A DNA stretch of 60,466 bases, the filler included, from Diploschistes diacapsis (taxonomy: Eukaryota): NCBI GenBank assembly GCA_023645945.1. It is 4 parts of 4 records of this genome, joined end to end, with 100 filler letters (N's around TTAATTAATTAA, not from the genome) between each part and the next. Parts side by side here need not be neighbours in the genome. Positions count along the whole stretch, not along the records: positions 30,338 to 45,362 come from JALAIB010000576.1; positions 45,463 to 60,466 come from JALAIB010000577.1; 2 more parts are not named here. The stretch is one strand, 5' to 3'. The notes under the pieces are model-generated. The model did not search any database. It saw only the letters and a list, made by a program, of their open reading frames with translations, and was not told the origin of the DNA. The translations under genes were made by a program, and so were the position numbers. Shown piece by piece: positions 37,617-50,068 of this stretch. The first letter of the stretch is position 1. Every line of letters begins with the position of its first letter.

Positions 37617-40208
37617 ATGTCAGAACCAAGCACCAAGCCGCAGGAAGACAGCAGTGAATCTGGGGTCAAGGCTAGTCGCAGAAGGGAGAAGCCGCAACTC
37701 TCATGCACTTTATGCAGGCAGAAGAAGTCAGTGGTCCACCGCTCATTAGGTCTTCTTCATCTGACATCGTCTTACCAAGACTCAAATGTGATCGGGCTCC
37801 AATATGCAAGAATTGCGAGAAACGTCCACTCGGCAGTTGCGTCTATGTACACTCCGGGCCTACAATTAACAGAAAGGTCATTGACCGCACAGCCAATAGC
37901 TCGTCCCAAGCCCGTTCAATCAGTGTGCAGGATCGCATTCGCCGTCTCGAGCGACTTGTCATCTCTCTGGCAGAGACTCCGAGGGCTATAGAAGCTGAGA
38001 CTTGGCCTGAGAGCGAGCAAGACGCCACGAATGGCGAAAGCCGACAACGAGCAACAAATGATCCAGACAACAGCGCTCAAGGTGTCGCAGGGCCGTTTGG
38101 TCGCTTAAGTGTGGACGAATCTGAGACTCGTTTCATCAACCCTTCGCATTGGGAAGCCATTCTCGATGATGTAATGCTCAGCATGCGGATCAATGTGATG
38201 TTAATGCTGATTTACTCTAGATTACAGAAATCAAAGATGCCATGAGCAGCCCTCCCAGTACCAGTTCCTACTCTAAACCACTTAATGCACCAGAAAACTC
38301 TGAATTTCCGGAGCTACTGTTCGGACAACGTGAAAATGGTTCGGCAACGGAGCTCATATGCTCTCTTCCGTCTAAGCCCGTCACCGATGAGCTCATTCGA
38401 TTGTTCTTGAAGTCGTTGGACATTCCACCGAGTACTTTACCTGTGAACAGAAGGAGGAAACGAAGATGCTAACACTCAAGTCTAGTCACAATGCATGTTC
38501 CCACCTTTTATAAAGAGGTTCGTACCGCCCACCCTTCCCCAACCGATTATGCACTCAATCCAGCATAGTACGAAGCCTTTTGGGAAAATCCAAACACTGT
38601 GTCTATTACATGGCTTGGCTTACTGCACACCATCATGGCTTTGGCTTTGCAGTTCGTAGTCAGAACGAATAGTGGGCCTATAACGGGTATTCTGTTCCCG
38701 GATACTATGGCTCGGCTTTTTACGAAGAGGGCAGCGACCTGCCTTATCCTGGCGGATTATTCCAAGCCGACAACGCATACAATTGAGACAATGATAATGT
38801 ATCTCGCATGCGAGGTATGACCCATCAACAATGATGATCTAAATATAGGCTCAGACGAACGTAGCATTTCCTTAGCCCAGACAATGAATTTCGAGCATCT
38901 CTAATCTTCGGTATCGTTGTACGGCTAGCGATGCGCTCAGGCTATCACAGAGATCCCGTCCATTATCAAATGACCGTTTTCGAGGGCGAAATGCGAAGGC
39001 GTATCTGGGCTTTGATCACGCAGCTCGACCTCCTTTTTTCATCATCGCTGGGATTACCACGCCTACTGGATGACCGGCAGGCCGATACTGTTCCCCCACT
39101 GAATCTTCTCGATGAGGATCTTGATCCAGATATGACCGAAGTACCGAAGCCTCGCCCAGAGACGGAAGAGACTTGGATAGGTTATATGAACTTCAAATCC
39201 AAGCCGCTGGGAGTACTAGGGAAGATTGTTGACCGGATGAACTTGGTAAAGGAGATTTCGTACAATGAAGTTCTGAACCTCGAACAGGAGATTCAAGCAG
39301 CAGTTGCCGCAAAACCCACGTGGTTGAAATTACCTACCAATGGACAGCTCGCGAATCTGCCGGTCTCAGTCATAACACGTCTTATGAGCTTAGACTTGAT
39401 CACGCAAAGATCACGCATGATCCTCCACCGTAAGTATTTGCTGCCTGCCATAACCAACAAGAATTACTCTTATTCTCGGCAATGTTGCCTTACTGCCGCC
39501 ACCAAAGCTTTACAGTATCAGTGGGAGCTTTTTGAAATGTCCCGTGTTCCAGACGGCCTTATCAGTAGCAGCTGGAAGTTTTTCTCCTTGATGACCCATG
39601 ATTTTCTATTAGCGGCGATGATCCTGTGCCTTGATCTTAATGAGGTATTGCTGGGAAAATGCGAAGACGTTGACGTAGAAGAAGAAAACAAGGAGCGAGA
39701 GAAGCGCTATAAACTCCTAGAAAACTCCTACAAGGTTTGGACGGACGCTATGACTCACGCGCCTGAAGCGAGAAAGGCTGCAGCAGTCTTAAGAGTGATG
39801 CTTGAAAAGGTTGAAAAAAGGAAGATGGAAAAGAGTGCAACACCAAACACTGAAGCCAACTTTACTTCTCCAATATATAAAACTAGTATAGGAACGGCAA
39901 GTAACGCTTCACCAATGGTTGAAGCAGAGAAGGTTGCCTTACCGCAGCCTAGTCAGGCGGTTGACTTGAAGCCCGATCCTTTCTTGAACTACAATGGTAT
40001 ATTATCGGGTGAAGCTGAGTCCTACCTAGCGCGCGGTGGGTACGCATACCCCAACCCCGTGGTCTTCCAAAACATGCTTTCATCCGGCGGAAACTTTGAT
40101 TGGGTGAGTCGAAAGGCTTATTGTGGTTGTGTGGCTACTTACGAAGGATACCATTAGCTCGAATGGGACTCTCAGTTCCCGGGTCAAGGCCTTGATCTTC
40201 AGCCGTGA
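37617..40208 (+). CDS. Zn(II)2Cys6 transcription factor with fungal-specific TF domain, multi-exon
   Basis: LSCTLCRQKK|LKCDRAPICKNCEKRPLGSCVY, SHWEAILDD and MRSGYHRDP...FEGEMRRRIW...LGLPR. Last intron GTGAGT at about 40104; stop TGA 40206-40208. Confidence 0.9.
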
Positions 40209-41730
40209 GTTTGCGACACACTCTACTTAGCAAAATGGGTTACCACAGATGATTTAAGCTCAGCGGCCTTGCCTTGTCGCCATGCTACATATGCCTTATA
40301 TACCAGTTCATTATGCGGAGGACCTTGAGGACGCCTGCTCTTATAGGTATAAGACGCAAAGGAGCTTCTTACTAAAAGCTATTCAGCTACCAAGCCCAGG
40401 TCCTTGTTACTTCTCGCCTCAGGTTAACCTGTTCAAGAGCTGAGCTTTGTCGGAATAGGCCGTACAACCCTATCCTAAACATTGCAAGAAACCATAGGAC
40501 AGCGGGTTTACATTGGCCTGAATCGTCCACTCTATGCCTATTGTCCGAACTGCCGCTTGTGCTAAGCTGAAGCACGAGGAGGAGAATCAGCATCAAAGCC
40601 TCTAGGCTATAATACTTTTAGCCTTGAGCTTGCGAAGCCTTGTGACCGAGTTCGAAAGTTCCCAGCCACGGCCACTTGGAAGCAGTCGACTGGATCACTT
40701 CCAGCATCAAACAAGTATGGTATCCTTCACCGCCACCCAATATTGATCTGCAGTGATAAAATTGGTCCTTTGCACAAGCACCCAAGAATTAGCTTTGCCT
40801 ACACCTACTGAGCGACCTATGCCATATTAATCTAGACCTACTCTACAGTATATACTCTGACAGATTGTTTTGCAAAATCTCGGATACTGTCTAGCCCCGG
40901 CTATAGCTGTCTTGGAGCGTTACTCTGCAAAGAATCCCTTCTCTTTGGCACAGCGATTCCTATGTACTTTTGCTTCTTTCTCACGACACTTCGGAATCCA
41001 AGCCAGTAAGATGACTATAAGATGGCTGCAAAACACCTTTTCAGACCTTCATAATCACTGCAGCCTACCATACGAGCTTGCCCATGCATTCTCACAGAGA
41101 GCCCCGTGACGAAGGATGCCATATCATAACAGGGACAGGCAAGAGAGAAAAATCCTCGGAGGCGAGCAGAATCAACAAAAGCATCTTGACTTATCCAGGC
41201 CAATGAAAGCAACACATCTTGTATTGCTAAATCTCGTTTGGTCTGTTGACGCGCAGTACGACGGTCTCCTTACGTGGTGTGGTCCGCTGTGCCTTGGACG
41301 GAGAAATTGAGACAAAACTGAATACACACGAAACAAGACTAGAAATTACGCCAACAGAAACTTTTAACACCGGGTATTCGCTGGATTGTCTGCCAGGCTT
41401 CAGTTGTTGCCCAAATTACTGAAAGAAGCGGGAAGTTGCATCTCCGAAATATCTACTAGGACGCGACCCTCGGGTTTTTCTAATACCCGACTCTCTGCGA
41501 TTGATGTCTAGAAAACACCGTGGAGCTACTCTGACCTTCGTGGGTATAAGTAGGCTTTGTCGTTGGCCTTCCCAGCTGAATCAATTCCGATATCCCATCG
41601 TGATCAATACCAATGCGCGTACAACACTGCTAGGTACTCTCCTGCTTCGGTCTCATTCAGCAACTATTCAGTACCCCGTTATACTTACCCATCATACACA
41701 AGTCTCTTTTTAACGTCAATTGGTTTCATT

Positions 41731-42975
41731 ATGTTTTCTCCTCAGTTAAAAATCGCCATTATTGGGGCGGGCCCAGCTGGACTTACCCTTGGTCTTCTGC
41801 TGCACAAGCGTGGCATCTCAGCCACCATCTTCGAGCTTCGTCAGAGACCCACCGACGAAGAATTTGCGAAGCCTACCGGATCGCTCGATCTTCACGAGGG
41901 ATCCGGCCTCGCTGCCATAAGGGAGTGCGATCTCTTGGACGAATTCGTCTCACTTACCGGCGACTGCACCGAAGCACAAAGAATCTCCGATAAGGACGGC
42001 AATATTATCTACGCCGATGAAGGGGAGTCGGGTAACCGCCCTGAGATCTCTCGTCATAAGATTGTCAAGCTCCTGCTCTCCCACTTACCTCCCCCAACGA
42101 TTAAATGGGGTCACAAACTTATCTGTGCCAAGAGTTCTACTACGTCTGGCCATACCGAAATCGAGCTTGACTTTGGTGAAAACGGCAAGCGGATTCTTAA
42201 CCTGGTCATTGGCGCCGACGGCGCTTGGTCCAAAATTCGTACTTTGTTGACGGACGTGAAGCCCCAATATGTGGGGATGCAGATCATCACCATCAATGTC
42301 AGGCAGATCTCAACGAAACATCCGCACCTAGCCGAATTTATTGGTACTGGCACATTTACTTCACTCGGGAACAGGCACGGAATCTTCTCGCAACGCTCGG
42401 TGCAGGATTCGGCCAGGATCTATATCTTCATCTCAACGCAAGACGAGCATTTCGCAAGCACAAATGGCCTGAGCACCAAGACGGCCGCGCAGGCCAAGGG
42501 CCAACTACTGGGCGACGACTTGCCATTTAGCCGGTGGGGTGCCAACCTTAAGGAGCTGGTGGCCGTCGCATGTGACGACGAATCGGCCAACGACCCAGGT
42601 GCCAACATCGACATCAGGCCACTCTACAAGCTCCCTGCCGGACACACTTGGGAGCACCATCTGGGCGCAACGGTAATCGGCGATGCAGCACATCTCATGT
42701 CACCACCGGCGGGCGAAGGAGTGAACATCGCCATGAAGGACTCGCTACTTTTGTCACAGGCCATCGTCAAAGCGCACGAGATTGGTGGGCAGGATGCGGT
42801 TTCCCTCCGGGACGCGCTGGATCCGCTGATAAAGGACTTTGAGGTGGACATGGCGGTACGTGCAAAAGAGATGGTGAAAGGGACACTGGAGGTTAGCGAG
42901 ATGATGTTCGGCGGGGAGGACGGTGCGAAAACCATGGCTAATTGGTTCAAAAGCATGGGAACATCTCCTGAGTAA
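41731..42975 (+). CDS. FAD-dependent monooxygenase (TetX-like class A flavoprotein hydroxylase), intronless
   Basis: IAIIGAGPAGL (GxGxxG), GSLDLH, RPEISR, LVIGADGAWSKIR and VIGDAAHLMSPPAGEGVNIAMKDS. First ATG at 41731. Confidence 0.9.
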   Translation: MFSPQLKIAIIGAGPAGLTLGLLLHKRGISATIFELRQRPTDEEFAKPTGSLDLHEGSGLAAIRECDLLDEFVSLTGDCTEAQRISDKDGNIIYADEGESGNRPEISRHKIVKLLLSHLPPPTIKWGHKLICAKSSTTSGHTEIELDFGENGKRILNLVIGADGAWSKIRTLLTDVKPQYVGMQIITINVRQISTKHPHLAEFIGTGTFTSLGNRHGIFSQRSVQDSARIYIFISTQDEHFASTNGLSTKTAAQAKGQLLGDDLPFSRWGANLKELVAVACDDESANDPGANIDIRPLYKLPAGHTWEHHLGATVIGDAAHLMSPPAGEGVNIAMKDSLLLSQAIVKAHEIGGQDAVSLRDALDPLIKDFEVDMAVRAKEMVKGTLEVSEMMFGGEDGAKTMANWFKSMGTSPE

Positions 42976-43869
42976 AGATATACGTGAAGTTCCATCACAA
43001 ATACACAGGATGGAATAGTAAAATATTGGGCGTTATTCGACCTAGAACTGCAACGCGGGTTCGAGAAAGTGCTTGCTATAGTATTGTATGCTGACTGGTA
43101 CATAATATTATAGAAACAGCTTGCTAAATAGAAAGTGGTAAGTTAAGGGGAGGAATGTAGGATAGAGCAACGCACCAATTGGTCTTGGAAATATGTACAA
43201 TATCTTTGACATTAACTTCCAATAAATATACACCCTCCTGCAACGCTGCCCCTATTCACGAACGCACACCGCCGCTAGAAAAGGTACGTTGGCCTCCTCA
43301 TAAGGACAACCATCTGATGTAATGATAGATGAGACCCGGCGATGCGAGCATCTCGTGTCTCTAGCAGGATATATGAATAGGGCCAAATGTGCGATCAAAT
43401 AATTGATACCTGCTTAGAATTCGGCGTGAAATCGGCTGGCCAGCTTCGTTCAGCAGAGCTTTTTGGATCCCTGATAATGATGTGCTCACCGTCCACACTA
43501 TTCGACCACAGTACTTTGAAGCTTGCAATACCTATTGGAACATATACCTACCTTCCATTTCATTAAAAAAAATGTTGGTGGTATACGATGATTTGAAAGT
43601 CCGTAGCTACCATTAAGTCTCGGCCGTACTAAGGGTAGCTCGATAGCGGAACCTCAGATCAACGCTGGTGGCATCTCTCCTCCAGGGTTGGGAGAGCTTG
43701 TGTCGTTAGCTATCGTTACTACCTTGATTTCCGATAAATGACACTGTTTTTGTTGATGTCTTGAATGGCCTGATAGCATTCGCTGCGTGCTTCTACTGTC
43801 TGCTTTCAATTGAGTAAATATACCTTTTCTTACAGAGTTACCTCGGGGTCCAAGCTCATTGCAATCCCC

Positions 43870-44650
43870 ATGCCTCCGTCGGTACTCTTCGTGCCCGGCT
43901 TCTGGGAAGGTTCCAAGCCCTTCGAGGAATGCTGCAAGCGTCTACAGACCGCTGGCTTCGAAGCCCATACGACATCGCTCCTGAGTTGTGGAAACACAGC
44001 TGGTGGCGATATCTCGATGTACCATGATATCGCTGGGATTCGCTCAGCGGTCAAGGATTTGGTTGAAAAAGGGACAAGGAGGTCGTGCTCGTCCTCCACT
44101 CCGCCGCGGGGTTCCTTGGAAGTGCAGCTTTAAGGGGTTTGATCAAGGACGAAAGACAGGCCAAGCAGTTGAAGGGCGGTGTCATAAAGATTGTGTTTCT
44201 TTGTCCTGCCATTATGCCAGAAGGGACTACGCACATGTATCCACTATTCATTGAGATCAAAGTATGTTGATATGCACAGCTGTGGTAGACAAGGCTTCAT
44301 GTACCTTGCACTAACATTGCGAATAGGAGAAGGATGCCTTGATCATTGACCCGCGAACCTCGCTCTTCCATGACCTGGGAGACGCAGATGCCAAATACTG
44401 GGAATCGCAGCTATGTCCAATGCCTTCACAAGGCTGGAACGACACCATCTATGACTGTGCCTGGCCAGCCATAGCAAGTGTCTATCTCGTCTGTAAGAAG
44501 GACAACTGTTTGCCGGAGTCGTGGCAAAGACGATTTGCAGAGCAGACCGCGTCGACTGTAGTTGAATGCGATGCAGGACACATGGTTCTATTGAGTCAGC
44601 CGCAGACCGTCGTGGATGTAGTAATCCAAGCTGCAGAGGGGAAGCTATAA
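43870..44650 (+). pseudogene. Alpha/beta hydrolase (methylesterase-like) with a one-base frameshift at about 44065-44073; pseudogene or sequencing error
   Basis: PSVLFVPGFWEG...DIAGIRSAVKDLVEK / DKEVVLVLHSAAG...KKDNCLP...DAGHMVLLSQP (Ser-Asp-His triad). The frame changes at GAAAAAGGGAC with no intron there. Intron at 44262-44326. Confidence 0.8.
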
Positions 44651-45362
44651 AATTCAGTGTACGTGATATACAGCATTGAGAGATAGTCACAGGAACAAAG
44701 GCCATCAATGGATACGCGCCTCAAGTAGATAGAATAAAGCCCTCATTAAAGACGCAGCGAGAATAGGAATATCACCGGGTCTTTTTGATCATCGGCTGTC
44801 CGTTGCGATCCTCAGCGTGGCCCTTTAGCTATATTATATGGAGTTCTCGATTTATAACCTTTTTTTCTTTCGATGGAGGTGTATAACTTGCAAAATCGTG
44901 GTTTTACATTGAACAGATTGCGATGAGTACTATGAGGCCCACAAATGGGTCAATACTGGCCTACTTGATTAAGGAGGCATCATGGGCGCCTACAATGGCT
45001 ACGATCTCATACAACTATGTGCTGCTAACCAAAAGTCTTTGCTGCAAAGGCGCATACAAATTTCGAGTAACTGAAAGGCTAATTTAGGCTTGCAAATCCT
45101 ATCTGTCCAATAGGTATTTCCTTCACATCATGAATCGCTCCTAAACTCAAGATTCAAACATTAGTGAGACATCTATTGAGCCGTCTTGCCTCCCTTCTAC
45201 TCAAGGACTGTCCCAGCTATCCGCAGTCCTCCATCTTTCCCCCCATCCCCTCTCCTCTCTTCCAACTATCTATTTACACCTATTCACTCGTTGCCTATAT
45301 CTTGAACATCTCCCGCACTCTTGACCCCCAAAATAACCACCAGCATGTCCGCCCCCTGGCCC

Positions 45363-45462
45363 NNNNNNNNNNNNNNNNNNNNNNNNNNNNNNNNNNNNNN
45401 NNNNNNTTAATTAATTAANNNNNNNNNNNNNNNNNNNNNNNNNNNNNNNNNNNNNNNNNNNN
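45363..45462. other. Assembly gap with artificial TTAATTAATTAA linker
   Basis: Same cassette. Confidence 0.97.
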
Positions 45463-46512
45463 GTTTACTAGACACGTCCGATATAATCTGATTAAATAAG
45501 TTTAATAAACTTTAATTAACATTACCTCAGTTTAAATAATTAAAATATTTACGTTAATCACACGTTTTATTATATCTTTTTTAACTATAATTAGAATACG
45601 CGTTCTTAAATGTATATTAACCCGATTATAACTTCAACGAAACATATTTTTTAAACTATCCGAATCCTAATCGACACGGTTTATATTTATTAGAATTAAT
45701 TTAACCCGAGACGTAAATCGTTAAAACGTTTAAATATTTAATATCCGGTTTAATCTCGATTTTTTCTCTGGTTTTAATACGATCAGGAAACCTCTTTTAC
45801 GAACATAGAAACGCTTTTCAAAAATATTCCTTTAAATCCAAAATAACTACGACATCGTTAATTATCTAATCTAATCGATTCTATCAAGCATAAAATTAAA
45901 CGTTCTAAAAACCTTACTTATTAAAATAACAAGCTACCACCGCTAATATTTTCGCGTCATAACTCATCTTAATTAAAACCGCCTCGTCCTCTATATCCTC
46001 GAATTAACTCCGTAATCCTATTTCATTTTATTAAAATTTATTAATCTTTATTATAATATTTTTTAATTATAAAACTTATAAAATCATCGCCGGGTCCGTT
46101 AAGATTAACTATAGAAAAGAACGTCATCTTAAGTCTACTATATATTATTAAATCTAAATACCATAACTCCTAAGAAAGAACTAAGGAATTAAAAGTTTAT
46201 TAATCTTGCTATTTATAATATTAAAACGTTCTAATCAAAACTAATAGATTATAAAAATAAAATAAAAATGAATTAACTGATCCTATTAGGAATAAATAGA
46301 CTAGAACGGTGCATCTATAAAGAAAAAGTTAATCAAAAAAAGTGCTTTATAAACATAAAAAGCAACTAATAAGCGAGTCGCTCATATTCTAATAAGAAAG
46401 GATGTGATTTCATTACGGAATTAAGCCCTAAGTCCGAAAAAACTTGGCGGAATACCTTTTATTTATAAATCTATAGCTAGACAGTTTAAACACACTATGC
46501 AATCGAATCACA
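45463..46512. mobile_element. Heavily RIP-mutated second copy of the 15.6-kb repeat, interrupted by an 882-bp nested insertion (45615-46496)
   Basis: 45463-45614 is homologous to 15613-15764, and homology resumes at 46497 (ATGCAATCGAATCACA). The insert is flanked by ATGTA/ATGCA. Very AT-rich. Confidence 0.75.
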
Positions 46513-46909
46513 AATGCCCCTCAAAGCTATCACGTGATTTAGTGACCGTGATGGAGCTCACCTTCAATGATATGATTTCGTGTGAGCAATGGTGGTGTGC
46601 CAGCTTCAGCGGTACCTACAGATCACGATGGCTGGCGCAGGAGCTCTACTGTTTCTATAAACGTCAAATTCAGGCATTCAAGTGTTATTCTAGATAAATT
46701 GGGAGCAGTATCTATCTTCTTGAGGCCGTTACGCTACTACCTGTTATTTTTGGTCCGTGCATCAGCCTTTGAAGCTCCCCGCCCTATAGGGCCAGAATTT
46801 GTTTCCGGCAACTGCAAAGTAACCTGCTTTGTCCGGTAGCTTCCAACTGTCCCAAGCAACGCGACATCCTGATGTTGCGGTACCTGAGGAGGCAGAGCCA
46901 GTCGCCTTG

Positions 46910-49900
46910 ATGCACACAGTTGCGAAATCCTCCTTTTGGGCTGCACCACGACTTGTTGCCGCCAGGCCTTGCCGATTCATTGCTGGCCGCCGATTCCCGC
47001 TGCACGTTAGGGCTTTTCGAACCAACTTTGCACTGCAAGACGCCGGAGACGACCCGAGTACTGTTCCAAATACTACACCAACCTTTGTCAGCGGACAATT
47101 AGACCAGGATGAGTCGAAAATCACGAGACCAGGGCAAGAAGAGGCCGTCGGCGCTTCGGGCGAGGATACAGTTTCCAGTGGGTCTAGCCGAGCGAATAAT
47201 GCAGAGGGGCAGTCACCGCAAGACAACGAGCAAAGGATAAAAGGTACAAGCAGTTACGGATCAAGAGCCAATCGAGCGTCAAGATCTCTGCGTAAAATCA
47301 AAGAAATTACACTGCCATCGGTACCGCCTTGGTTTCTTATGCGAAATGTACACCTGCGTGAAGCTCCTGGCAGGAATCTAGAATGCATAGAAGTTGTGAA
47401 TAAGCAAGATGCATCCGAAATCATATCAGACGAGTCCGAGAATACCAATGGAGCAGTGCAACGTACAGTCTCTACGGGAGAACCTGCGGGTTCTGACACT
47501 ACGGCAGCTGAGGATGATCATCAGATCACGGCGGGAATTCCGGATAGGGAGCAAGCGAAATACAAAGTTGACCGCCACGTCTATGACGAAATCCACGCGT
47601 TGGTGCTTGGCGGGCTAAGAGCAGCAAGTTCATCTCGTCTTGAGGATCCCTCGTTCTCAAAGCCTCACATTGTATTACAGTCTCCAAAGGAGGGCGCTAC
47701 TCAGTTCCTGACCGGTCTCGCTGAAGGAGTTGCTCATCGCGTGGGTGCCGACGTCATCAAGGTAGATGCGCAGGATATTGCAGAGATCGCAGGTAGTATA
47801 TCCGTCGATCCTCCGGATAACCAGAATTTGAGCAATGCAGTCCGATCTTTAGGATATGATGTACATATCGTGGACAGTGACTTCGAAGCTGCCAGCGCCG
47901 AAGACGGCGAGCCGGCAGAAGATGGGTACGAAGAGGGAGAAGAGGAAAATCCATTCTCAAAGATGTTTCCAGACCCCGGGCCTTCAAAAGCGCCAAAGGG
48001 GTCTTCGGGTTCTTGGAGAGGCGGATACAGTTTCTCACCCTTCTTGAAGTCTGTCAAGGTTTTGATTCCATATGCAACCTCAAAATTGGACACAAACTCC
48101 GGTGCTCAATCCGGATCTACTGGTTCGAGTATTAGCTCACTTTCTAGCATTGGCAAAACTGTAAGCGATGCTGTGGGTGGGAAAGAAGACGGTTCAGATG
48201 CCCTCCGTGAGAACCTGCTTTTTGAATTGTTTCTGGATTCGCCGAGGATGAAAAGGGCTGCGGAGCAGCTGGTTCAGGCAAAGATGGGAGATTATGAACA
48301 AAATCGACAAGACGACGCATCTCAAACGCATGATCTAATCATTATCCTCGAAGATTATCTTGAATTGCAGACAACATCAAGTGGAGGTGTTTTTCTCCAC
48401 CGACTTCACGAAGCCATTCGCAAGAAGAGGAAAGACGGGCATCGTATTATTCTGATCGGTATATCGACAGCGGAGGATCTTATCCCCACGATGTCGAAAA
48501 GTGGCTTCAGGAAAATTCAGACGGAGGCTCGGCAAGGCCCTTTTCGAACGGTCATAACAACCTGTCTGAACAGAGACGTCGAGAGCATGTTCAAGGACGA
48601 CGAGAAGGCGAGGATAAAGCACATCAATATCCGACACATCCAGGACATGCTCCGCAGGCTCGCCCCAAACCCCTCTCAAATCGCCAGTTTTGTCGTGCAA
48701 AAAACATCGGATATCACCTTCAATTCCGCCAGCTCCTATTCTTGGGGCCTTGAGGATTCTGTCTGGTCTCAAGACCGCGTGCACCGCGCCGCATCCATCG
48801 CTCTTGGCTTAATCGATCCGGCCGAGAAACTCACAACTACTCACCTCCGCGCCGCCCTCGACACTATTCGCGAAAGCGACCAAGCCAAATTCACGTGGCT
48901 CGACGAAGAAAATGGCCGGCAGTCCCCCGATCACATCTCCTCCACCACGGCCCGCACCCCCGAAGACCTGAAGCAAGACCAAGAAGACCGCATGAAAAAG
49001 CTCCGCAAAACATGCACATCTCATGAGCGCAAACTCCTCAGCGGTGTAATCGACTCCTCTGCCATCAACACCACCTTCGCCGACGTTCAAGCCCCTGCTC
49101 CCATTATCGAAGCCTTGAAAACACTCACTTCCCTCTCCCTCATCCGCCCCGACGCCTTCACCTACGGCGTGCTCGCTACCGACAAGATTCCCGGGCTCCT
49201 CCTCTATGGACCCCCTGGCACAGGGAAGACACTCCTCGCAAAAGCCGTTGCCAAAGAATCAGGGGCCACGGTCCTCGAGGTCTCCGGCTCGGACATCTAC
49301 GACATGTACGTCGGCGAGGGCGAGAAGAACGTCCGCGCCCTCTTCACCCTCGCACGTAAACTCTCGCCATGCGTCGTATTCATCGACGAAGCAGACGCCA
49401 TGTTCGGCAGCCGCAACACCTCCGGTAACCGGACCAGCCATCGAGAACTGATCAACCAGTTCCTGCGCGAATGGGACGGCATGGCGTCCGCCCGAGCCTC
49501 GGCCTTCATCATGGTCGCGACAAACAGGCCGTTCGATCTCGACGACGCGGTGCTCCGGCGGTTACCGCGGCGGCTGATGGTCGATCTCCCCACATGGAAG
49601 GACAGGGAGGCGATCCTGAAGATCCACCTGAAGGACGAAGCTCTCGATCCTTCCGTGTCGGTAAGCGAGCTTGCGAACAAAACTCCCTTCTACTCCGGCT
49701 CGGATCTGAAGAACCTCTGCGTCGCGGCGGCCCTGGCGTGCGTAAAGGCCGAGAACGATGCCGTCGCTCAGGCCATACGGGACGCTGGCTCTGCCTCGTC
49801 AGGCCCGCATGCGTTCCCAGCCAAGCGGACGCTGACGGGTACACATTTCGACAAGGCGCTGTCGGAGATATCGGCGAGCGTCAGCGAGGATATGAGTAGT

Positions 49901-50068
49901 CTGGCTGCTATCCGGAAGTTTGATGAGAAGTATGGGGATAGGCGGGGTAGGAAGAAGGGAAGGGGCATGGGGTTCGGGAATAAGGATGCGGAGAAGGAGG
50001 CGGTAGAGAGGGATAGGGAGCGAGAGAGGGAGAAGGAGAGGGAGATGGAGAGGGAGAAGGGGCTATGA
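46910..50068 (+). CDS. Mitochondrial AAA+ ATPase (MSP1/spastin-like family), about 1052 aa
   Basis: Walker A GLLLYGPPGTGKT, Walker B VVFIDEAD, second region of homology MVATNRPFDLDDAVLRRLPRR and YSGSDLKNLC. Arg-rich N-terminal presequence from ATG 46910. Confidence 0.9.
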   Translation: MHTVAKSSFWAAPRLVAARPCRFIAGRRFPLHVRAFRTNFALQDAGDDPSTVPNTTPTFVSGQLDQDESKITRPGQEEAVGASGEDTVSSGSSRANNAEGQSPQDNEQRIKGTSSYGSRANRASRSLRKIKEITLPSVPPWFLMRNVHLREAPGRNLECIEVVNKQDASEIISDESENTNGAVQRTVSTGEPAGSDTTAAEDDHQITAGIPDREQAKYKVDRHVYDEIHALVLGGLRAASSSRLEDPSFSKPHIVLQSPKEGATQFLTGLAEGVAHRVGADVIKVDAQDIAEIAGSISVDPPDNQNLSNAVRSLGYDVHIVDSDFEAASAEDGEPAEDGYEEGEEENPFSKMFPDPGPSKAPKGSSGSWRGGYSFSPFLKSVKVLIPYATSKLDTNSGAQSGSTGSSISSLSSIGKTVSDAVGGKEDGSDALRENLLFELFLDSPRMKRAAEQLVQAKMGDYEQNRQDDASQTHDLIIILEDYLELQTTSSGGVFLHRLHEAIRKKRKDGHRIILIGISTAEDLIPTMSKSGFRKIQTEARQGPFRTVITTCLNRDVESMFKDDEKARIKHINIRHIQDMLRRLAPNPSQIASFVVQKTSDITFNSASSYSWGLEDSVWSQDRVHRAASIALGLIDPAEKLTTTHLRAALDTIRESDQAKFTWLDEENGRQSPDHISSTTARTPEDLKQDQEDRMKKLRKTCTSHERKLLSGVIDSSAINTTFADVQAPAPIIEALKTLTSLSLIRPDAFTYGVLATDKIPGLLLYGPPGTGKTLLAKAVAKESGATVLEVSGSDIYDMYVGEGEKNVRALFTLARKLSPCVVFIDEADAMFGSRNTSGNRTSHRELINQFLREWDGMASARASAFIMVATNRPFDLDDAVLRRLPRRLMVDLPTWKDREAILKIHLKDEALDPSVSVSELANKTPFYSGSDLKNLCVAAALACVKAENDAVAQAIRDAGSASSGPHAFPAKRTLTGTHFDKALSEISASVSEDMSSLAAIRKFDEKYGDRRGRKKGRGMGFGNKDAEKEAVERDREREREKEREMEREKGL

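Noticed and set aside
41557..41730. N-terminal extension of the monooxygenase from a TTG start (likewise 46829 for the AAA ATPase and 27509 for PIB2)
   Set aside because: Eukaryotic genes; the first in-frame ATGs give family-typical N-termini.
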